IMG/VR virus record: IMGVR_UViG_3300028583_001329
From: a virus
Reading direction: 5' to 3' (one strand)
DNA: 64,000 nucleotides
The notes under the pieces were generated by a model. It was not told where the DNA came from. It saw nothing but the letters and a program-made list of their open reading frames with translations, and searched no databases. A program made the position numbers and the translations under genes. Below are positions 57,972-64,000 of this stretch, piece after piece (within the stretch, counting starts at the first letter, position 1; each line of letters starts with the position of its first letter).

Positions 57972-57996
57972 GAGGCTTCGGCCTCCTTTTATGCCG
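57970..57996 (+). terminator. UUCG hairpin + TTTATGCCG
   Basis: AGGAGGC-TTCG-GCCTCCT-TTTATGCCG. Confidence 0.75.
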
Positions 57997-58058
57997 TCAG
58001 AGAAAACATTATCTCTTAATTACATAGACAGTGATAAGTGATTACAAAGTAGAATAAC

Positions 58059-58574
58059 ATGATTAAAGATACTATCAACGCATTCATACAAGACTATAAA
58101 CAGCTGATGGATGTGCAAGATAAGACGCTTAGGCATTCTAAGCGTCTAGTAGAAGCTATTAGCAGACACCCGGTGGAAATACAAAGTACATTGGAACTTA
58201 TCAATTCAGGGGATTGTGGATTAGCGGCGCTAGCTATAGGCATACGTCTAAAGCGTGCAGGTTACAATGTATCGTTCTTTGAAAACTCACAACACGCCTA
58301 TTTTGGCGTAGATGGTTATTACTACGACACGCTTATACCAGAAGGAACTGACGACCATAAAAAGATGTATGGCTACACCGTAGATAAGCCCGTTAAAGAA
58401 CAAACCGTTAAGCAAATGCATATGTCCTTTATGCCATACGACAGCATAGGTGAGGGTATTGCTAATTACTTTTTAGTTAAACATACACAGATGCGCTATC
58501 CGTATAAGAGTCTAGATGCTAGCGTGCAAACACGTGTTATAGATGGGCGCATTAAAGAGTACCCTGTAGTCTGA
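58059..58574 (+). CDS. hypothetical protein, possible papain/transglutaminase-like fold
   Basis: NSGDCGLAALAI...HAYFGVDGYYYD gives a Cys-His-Asp spacing. Confidence 0.45.
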   Translation: MIKDTINAFIQDYKQLMDVQDKTLRHSKRLVEAISRHPVEIQSTLELINSGDCGLAALAIGIRLKRAGYNVSFFENSQHAYFGVDGYYYDTLIPEGTDDHKKMYGYTVDKPVKEQTVKQMHMSFMPYDSIGEGIANYFLVKHTQMRYPYKSLDASVQTRVIDGRIKEYPVV

Positions 58575-58677
58575 TAGTATGATTGAGTTTAAACCAACCA
58601 AGTCGTGTACGAATAAATGACTTATTGTCTATTCTATGCACAACTTCATCCATCCCATCTAACAAGGTGAAAGAAAT

Positions 58678-59442
58678 ATGACTGACCAAAAAACTAAGCG
58701 CCAATCATCACGCCGTGGCGCTGCTAAGAAGACAACGGCAGCTCCTGCTCCATCTAAAGCAGAACAAGAAAAGGTAGAGGCTGCTAAAGAAGCAGAAGCA
58801 AAACAACAGCAAGCTGACGACAAGCCAGTCGATCCGGCGGTAGTTGAAGGTTCTACGGAAGTTCAAGGTGCGCAAACACCAGAGACTGGTGAGGGTGAAG
58901 AATCTGACGGCGCTGATAAAGGCGAGACTCAACCTGAAGCATCTCAGGATGACCAAGCTAAAGATCAACAGTCTGAAGACAAAGCTGAAGAAAAAGCTAG
59001 CTTTACCATGCCTGAAGGTCTGTCAGCGCAAGCAGAAGGCGCTGTAGCGGCTGTTGCTACCTATGCTGAGAAAATGGCTAAAGGTCGACCAATGTCGGCA
59101 CTAGAAGGCTCTCAGCAGCAATTGCTTCTATACCGTGCTATCCAGCGCATCTTAACCTTGGACGGTAAAGAACTATACGCCAGCCTTAACAGCGTACTTG
59201 CTATCATCAACGAAAACCGTGATAGCGCGTTCCACGAAAAACGTTTATATCGCTTCATTGACCAAGTTAAACTTTCTGGTCAAGATCGTAAGTGTTTTGA
59301 GCGTCTACTTAACCTTTTCATTACGGTATGCGACCCAGCCACCCGTGAACAAGCGCTTAAGCAGACTGACCTTGAACTGGTTGCCTCTACACTTCGTAAC
59401 GGCGAAAAAGAGCAGAAGTTGATTGCTTTCTTTGGGAAGTAA
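58678..59442 (+). CDS. conserved chimallivirus protein with low-complexity N-terminal half
   Basis: A/E/K/Q-rich region of about 105 aa, followed by a helical domain (KGRPM...QQQLLLYRAI...LNLFITVCDP). Confidence 0.6.
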   Translation: MTDQKTKRQSSRRGAAKKTTAAPAPSKAEQEKVEAAKEAEAKQQQADDKPVDPAVVEGSTEVQGAQTPETGEGEESDGADKGETQPEASQDDQAKDQQSEDKAEEKASFTMPEGLSAQAEGAVAAVATYAEKMAKGRPMSALEGSQQQLLLYRAIQRILTLDGKELYASLNSVLAIINENRDSAFHEKRLYRFIDQVKLSGQDRKCFERLLNLFITVCDPATREQALKQTDLELVASTLRNGEKEQKLIAFFGK

Positions 59443-59469
59443 TTAACCTTTGCGCACATGCGCCCCACT

Positions 59470-59508
59470 CCACGGCCAGTCCCTCCAGGCTGGTCGTGGT
59501 TTTATGCC
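59470..59508 (+). terminator. hairpin + TTTATGCCG
   Basis: CCACGGCCAGTC / GGCTGGTCGTGG then TTTATGCCG. Confidence 0.7.
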
Positions 59509-59532
59509 GTCTAGATGATAGTAAAAGTTTAT

Positions 59533-59546
59533 AGACCTATATTACT
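59533..59546 (+). promoter_or_regulatory. putative early promoter AGACCTATATTACT
   Basis: Identical 14-mer to 22216-22229. Contains TATATTAC. Confidence 0.7.
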
Positions 59547-59605
59547 ATTGTGACTCAATGCCCTTATTGAGTAGCGCTAAATAACTAATATAAGAGAATT
59601 AACTA

Positions 59606-59983
59606 ATGAAAAACAAACTAGACGTTTTAAATCAATACCACAATAACTACTGGGTTAAATATAAAATTGGCCAGGCGTTAATTGATGCTGGTGAAGTCCA
59701 TTCCATGGTACATACACGTCTTGAAGGTTTACGCTCTATTTTCCAAAGTATAGGTCACCCATACGCTACCCTAGCCGTTGCTTTCTTTGACCGCTATACT
59801 TGTATCCTTAAACGTGGGTTAATCGAGTTAGGTAATCAGCCTGGCGCTGTCAGTGAACGCGCAGGTTATATGTCTGATATTGAACAGCAATTAATTGATC
59901 GCATCGTCCAAGCAGTGGATGAGGGGATTGGCGAGCAGCAAGCATGTGAATCTATTATCCATGCATTATCTTTTAATCAATAA
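59606..59983 (+). CDS. hypothetical early protein
   Basis: First ORF after the early promoter motif. Confidence 0.55.
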   Translation: MKNKLDVLNQYHNNYWVKYKIGQALIDAGEVHSMVHTRLEGLRSIFQSIGHPYATLAVAFFDRYTCILKRGLIELGNQPGAVSERAGYMSDIEQQLIDRIVQAVDEGIGEQQACESIIHALSFNQ

Positions 59984-59998
59984 ATCGAAGGACTGTTA

Positions 59999-60487
59999 AT
60001 GGATAACCACATAGTTGACATTACGGGAAAAAACCATAACCCCGATGAGGTAAGTAACGTCGGTAGAAAGAAAGAGCTGGCAATGGACCTAGGATCACTT
60101 CACGATAACCTAGCCAGTCCGGTTCCGTTCTTTATCCATTGCGTCTATGAAAGATCCATCGATAAGAAAACTACCAAGCCCTTTAAGCTTTCAGCTTTAG
60201 ACTGTCTGGATATAGCAGCTTTAATGAAAGACAAAACCGATCTCACTGATAAAGAGTTGTTATCATTTGTAAAAGGTGTAATAGGGCTTTATAATTCTGA
60301 CTTTACGTCCCTGATGCTAACAATAGGCTATGGGTGGGTTGAAGGTAGAGAACTCGTTATTGATACCTTCAATAGCTATTATGAGATAACAGGTGCTGAT
60401 CTTATACCTAATACCGGAGAAACCCTGGTTTTTGGTAGTTGGGATATACCTGATGATGCTATTACGGTAATCATCCCACTAGACTAA
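59999..60487 (+). CDS. hypothetical early protein
   Basis: AAGGA SD, 162 aa. Confidence 0.55.
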   Translation: MDNHIVDITGKNHNPDEVSNVGRKKELAMDLGSLHDNLASPVPFFIHCVYERSIDKKTTKPFKLSALDCLDIAALMKDKTDLTDKELLSFVKGVIGLYNSDFTSLMLTIGYGWVEGRELVIDTFNSYYEITGADLIPNTGETLVFGSWDIPDDAITVIIPLD

Positions 60488-60531
60488 TAACCTTTTTGTA
60501 ACCATGTGTATATATTTGAGGAATCTATAAT

Positions 60532-60813
60532 ATGCCATCAGCAAAAGAAGTAGTAGAACGCGCTAAGCGTTGGAGAAATGCCACTGTCGTCTTTGATGAC
60601 GATAATTTTAGCGTGGTAGAAGGTGAGTATCGTCACGATGACGGTAACTGGTCTAAGACAATGGGCGTACGGTGGAACGGCGAGGCCGATGGTCCTGGAT
60701 ATCCAAAGTTATTTGGAAACGGTGTATTCATGGTTGTCCCCGATTGGATGGCACCTGCCATTAAAGAAGCTTGTGTTGAATACATCTTCACTAGTGTAAA
60801 AGATACAAATTAA
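60532..60813 (+). CDS. hypothetical protein
   Basis: GAGGA SD. Contains GVRWNG..GPGYP..FMVVP. Confidence 0.55.
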   Translation: MPSAKEVVERAKRWRNATVVFDDDNFSVVEGEYRHDDGNWSKTMGVRWNGEADGPGYPKLFGNGVFMVVPDWMAPAIKEACVEYIFTSVKDTN

Positions 60814-60819
60814 AGTAAC

Positions 60820-60868
60820 GCATAAAAACCCTACCTCTACCCGCGATAGGTAGAGGTAGGCTATGCCC
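60820..60868. terminator. bidirectional hairpin, 31-nt core identical to 5886-5916
   Basis: GCATAAAAAC-CCTACCTCTACCCGCGATAGGTAGAGGTAGG-CTATGCCC. Confidence 0.75.
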
Positions 60869-60877
60869 TTTCTTTTT

Positions 60878-62791
60878 TTATCTGTTTACAGGATGTTCAA
60901 TCCCTTTCTCTTTGGTAAATTCAGCAAGTAGCGTATTCATACTCGGCATGGATAACACTTCCCTACACACCTCTACTGCATTAGTCTGAGCAGCCGTCAT
61001 GTTAATAGCAGCACGTCTATATACATCTTCACTCTTACCTTGTATACGACAAAACTCTAAGATAGTAGTCTCACGTGAGGCGTTAGTAATGATGCCGATG
61101 TTTGGATAACCTGCTGCAACGTCTAAGTCAGATACTGCAACAGATAACCCTGTTTCAATGGACGGGTCTTCTTCTATAAGGTTAAGACCACGCTTGTGAA
61201 TCAAATGACTAGGTAGGGTACAGATCCATCCTTGTAGTGAGGGTAGTAGATGATCTACCTCAGCTACCATCTCATTACTCGTTGAACCCATTACCTTGTT
61301 CTCTTCTTCTTCACAGACGAAATGTAAATCATCAGCCAAACGTCTAGGAGTAGAAGGAAACTTAATAATATCAGAGTGACCTAGCAAGATGCGCATCTTC
61401 TTAATATCAGTCTGGTCCTCATCTAGCAACTCAACGGCAATGCAGTCAAAGGCGTTATAGATAAGGTATTCAGCAGGGTAGTTAGTCTGCATGAATTGAT
61501 GCCATTCTAAACCTTTGTATGCATCAGCTTCTTCAAACTTCAATTTAGATAAGTTCAGATGCCTACCTAAGATAGCATCTAAGCTATAAGATGGTTGTTG
61601 GGCTTCGGTTACACGTAGTTTCTTATAAAGACACATAGAGTCAATAAAGTAAAAGCTAGCAGGTGCTATGACGCTATGCCATAAATCTGCAACGTGCTGC
61701 GAGTAGGTCTTACCATCCGCCTTGGTCTTCTGTAATTGCCCTTCTTTATACTTAAAGTATTTGTACTCAGGTGGGATCTTAGGATCACTGAAGACGTATG
61801 CAGGATCTTGATTGTGACGCTTGCACGACTCTATCATCTTTGGAATATCAAAGTTCATGTTCCATATTAAGATAAAATCAGGACGCCACGCATGTGCCCT
61901 ATCTAATAGCGCTTTTGTTACACCAAAGTCATTATCAACAACTTCAATTTCTAACTTGATGTTGCGTTCTTTCTTATACTTTTCCAAATAAAGATCAAAC
62001 AACCCATCCACGATAGAAACCGCATCTCCTTGTATTCTGTCAGCGAAGCGTTTAGTTACTGCAATGAACACTTTATCTTTCATGGTTAATGAACCAGATA
62101 TAATAGGCTGTTCGTAAGGTTTGCGCTCTGCCTGCAAGCTAACAATTTCATCACGTGCTAGTTTTAACTGCTCGCTGATACGCTTGGCTTGTTTAGCCCC
62201 TTTCTTATCTTTATTAGCTTCTTCAAGCTGCATACGCATGAAATCCATACGACGCTGTACTTCACCTATCTTATCGTCATACTTAAGACACATGGCTTTA
62301 TCATCTGGATGTAGATGATCAAAAACAGTATTGGTTTCTAAATCCAGTACCGCGTTGTCAGCGTCATAACGTGCATCGTTATACTCCGGGTAGTCTTTCA
62401 TGTATTTGTGTTTTACTAACACAGTAGGCATGATATCCGTACCGTAAACATACGGACTTTGGTTCAACATACCCAAATGTCCCATACCTGGCGTTCTACC
62501 CAACGCCATCGCGACTTTATCAGCTAGCAGTACTTGAGTAGACTCATAGCGCTGGACACGGTTACGTTCTTCCCATTCTTTTTTCTCGTGATGCGTCTGA
62601 TAGCCCTCTCGTGTAATATAGAAGGCTTTCTTTACATTAATCTTCGGTACCATGCGCGATATGCGTCTGCCATCTTTTAAATGTACACGTTCTTTTACTA
62701 ACACCAAGTCATCGCGACGTGTATGTTGATTGACAAAATAATTAGCGTGAATACATTCAATTCCAGCAATATCGTCTTTTGTTATACCCAT
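60878..62791 (-). CDS. family B DNA polymerase, 3'-5' exonuclease + motif A half (phiKZ gp82-like)
   Basis: ExoI AVLDLET, ExoII WNMNFDIPK, ExoIII IYNAFDC, and motif A SDLDVAAGYP. ATG 62791 with AAGGAG SD. Confidence 0.85.
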   Translation of the reverse strand: MGITKDDIAGIECIHANYFVNQHTRRDDLVLVKERVHLKDGRRISRMVPKINVKKAFYITREGYQTHHEKKEWEERNRVQRYESTQVLLADKVAMALGRTPGMGHLGMLNQSPYVYGTDIMPTVLVKHKYMKDYPEYNDARYDADNAVLDLETNTVFDHLHPDDKAMCLKYDDKIGEVQRRMDFMRMQLEEANKDKKGAKQAKRISEQLKLARDEIVSLQAERKPYEQPIISGSLTMKDKVFIAVTKRFADRIQGDAVSIVDGLFDLYLEKYKKERNIKLEIEVVDNDFGVTKALLDRAHAWRPDFILIWNMNFDIPKMIESCKRHNQDPAYVFSDPKIPPEYKYFKYKEGQLQKTKADGKTYSQHVADLWHSVIAPASFYFIDSMCLYKKLRVTEAQQPSYSLDAILGRHLNLSKLKFEEADAYKGLEWHQFMQTNYPAEYLIYNAFDCIAVELLDEDQTDIKKMRILLGHSDIIKFPSTPRRLADDLHFVCEEEENKVMGSTSNEMVAEVDHLLPSLQGWICTLPSHLIHKRGLNLIEEDPSIETGLSVAVSDLDVAAGYPNIGIITNASRETTILEFCRIQGKSEDVYRRAAINMTAAQTNAVEVCREVLSMPSMNTLLAEFTKEKGIEHPVNR

Positions 62792-62863
62792 GGGTGAAGG
62801 CTCCTTAATTAACACGGCTATACTATTTCTATGACGTGTTATTAATAAAATATAGGATTGACC

Positions 62864-64000
62864 GTGAGAAAAGCATTATTAGATAATTTATTAAACGAGC
62901 AATCTAACGTTGCCGTTGAGTCCCCATCTAAGGGCGAAGTATTGTCACTACTATCAGAGGCAGCATTCACCAATGCAGAAGTTGCATATATGGGTGTGGA
63001 AGATAGCCAGTTTGATATTGAGAGGCTAGTAGATATCGCTGTAGGTCTTGAATCCATTAATGAGTCTCTCCCTGTAAATGAGATTGACGATGTGGTGTTG
63101 GCGGGTGTAAACGCCGTAGTGGGCGAGGTTGGTCTAGAGGCCAAGAATGTAGTAGAGGATATAAAAGAAACCATACGCCGAGTTTGGCAGGCTATGTACC
63201 GGGCGGTGCAACATGCAATGCGTCAGGTACGGGCCTGGTTGCGTAAAGTTTTTGATAGCACCAAGAAATTCAAAGAACGTGTTGAGTATACAAGACGTAA
63301 CTTAGAAACTTTGGGTGAGGTGAAGGATGATAAGCCTATAACCGCGCCAGTAATATCTGCAGCCTTGGATATAGAAGGTAACGTAGATTTAAATCTAATC
63401 AAAGAGCGTATGGCGGGTGTTACTCCACTATTTAATACCAAAATGGTTGGAAGTATTGAAGCTATTACCGTCATGGTTGAAGGTCTAGCAGACATTGACG
63501 TTAAGAATACGGTTTTTGATAGAAAAACCGTAACCAATTCAGCGTATGAAATATTGAATAAAATACATCAAGTTATAGGTGTAATCGTTCTCAGTAAAAA
63601 GAAACTACCTGTTAAAGACTTAATCGTTAATCAGCTTTTCCCTTATCGACCCGTCGTCCAGGGTTTTATGGAGTTCTTTGCTAGCCCTACCCAGATACAC
63701 AGTACTGAAACATTACCGGGAAATAAAGCAGTATATGTTTTATCCAGTGATGGGTTGCGTGATAACGAACGTATTCAGATTAAGGTAGGTGATTTAGGTG
63801 CTATGGCGAGGTTGGGTAGTTTATCTTTAATTAATCCTAAGTTTAAAATTAAAGAAAATAAACTTCCTGTTCTAACCAAAGCCGCCATGGTAGATGCCTG
63901 TGATTATGTCACGACGCTTGTAGATAATATCATTTATTTTAATGATTATTATAATAAACGTTCAATCAAAAGTATAGAAAGTATGTTTGACGCGGTAGAT
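62864..64000 (+). CDS. inner head protein paralog, 3'-truncated by the window edge (not in ORF track)
   Basis: GTG 62864 after an AGGA SD, and the frame appears open to 64000. Reads MRKALLDNLL...GLESINE...VGLEAKNVVEDIKETIRRVWQAMYRAVQHAMRQVRAW. Confidence 0.7.
   Translation, partial: MRKALLDNLLNEQSNVAVESPSKGEVLSLLSEAAFTNAEVAYMGVEDSQFDIERLVDIAVGLESINESLPVNEIDDVVLAGVNAVVGEVGLEAKNVVEDIKETIRRVWQAMYRAVQHAMRQVRAWLRKVFDSTKKFKERVEYTRRNLETLGEVKDDKPITAPVISAALDIEGNVDLNLIKERMAGVTPLFNTKMVGSIEAITVMVEGLADIDVKNTVFDRKTVTNSAYEILNKIHQVIGVIVLSKKKLPVKDLIVNQLFPYRPVVQGFMEFFASPTQIHSTETLPGNKAVYVLSSDGLRDNERIQIKVGDLGAMARLGSLSLINPKFKIKENKLPVLTKAAMVDACDYVTTLVDNIIYFNDYYNKRSIKSIESMFDAVD

Noticed and set aside
58678-58995. 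A/E/K/Q-rich low-complexity segment suggesting a tandem repeat
   Set aside because: No consistent repeat unit at DNA or protein level. It appears to be a disordered linker.
269-60868. Repeated hairpins as a CRISPR or REP-type array
   Set aside because: Stems differ in sequence, are dispersed at gene ends and have no spacers. Only one exact duplicate exists.
2600-62835. TATG late-promoter cores upstream of structural genes (e.g. about 2606, 7683 on -, 19512 on -, 62830)
   Set aside because: A 4-nt motif is too frequent to call without TSS data, so these are not listed as features.
437-63537. Many short ORFs antisense to or out of frame within long genes (e.g. 437-694, 3253-3597, 20015-20301, 37763-38083, 49254-49989, 58708-59468, 62842-63537)
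   Set aside because: They are shadow frames of confidently assigned genes, with no SD and no recognisable protein motifs.
1-64000. Host assignment and alternative genetic code
   Set aside because: No host-diagnostic sequence is visible. Core genes read through in code 11 with normal lengths, so no recoding of stop codons is indicated.

Overview
The window is a 64-kb internal segment of a nucleus-forming jumbo phage genome (phiKZ-like, Chimalliviridae). All assignments come from motifs and gene order, with no database searches run. It carries the family core in phiKZ-like order: large terminase, PhuZ tubulin, DNA polymerase catalytic half, chimallin (ChmA), four of the five non-virion RNA polymerase subunits (beta'N with NADFDGD, gp68-like sigma factor, beta-C, beta'-C), SbcD/Mre11, ChmC, PicA/Imp1, an SF2 helicase, a virion RNAP beta'-C subunit, a SNF2-like helicase and the polymerase exonuclease half. 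Several inner-head protein paralogs are dispersed across it. No tRNA, rRNA, CRISPR array or group I intron is evident. The most interesting observations are: (1) about 18 intergenic hairpins followed, in the direction of transcription, by TATGC(C) instead of or in addition to a U-tract; (2) a probable -1 frameshift joining a T4 gp26/gp51-like tail-chaperone gene pair at 54578-54582; (3) a Met1 class-3 (WCT) LAGLIDADG intein in the helicase P-loop; (4) nine tandem, highly diverged small genes with a shared architecture downstream of phuZ; (5) a holin-like gene next to a lipoprotein-type lytic transglycosylase; (6) a shared C-terminal TASL(A/S)W tail on two unrelated enzymes; (7) small unannotated ORF/sRNA units. 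The host cannot be determined from this window.
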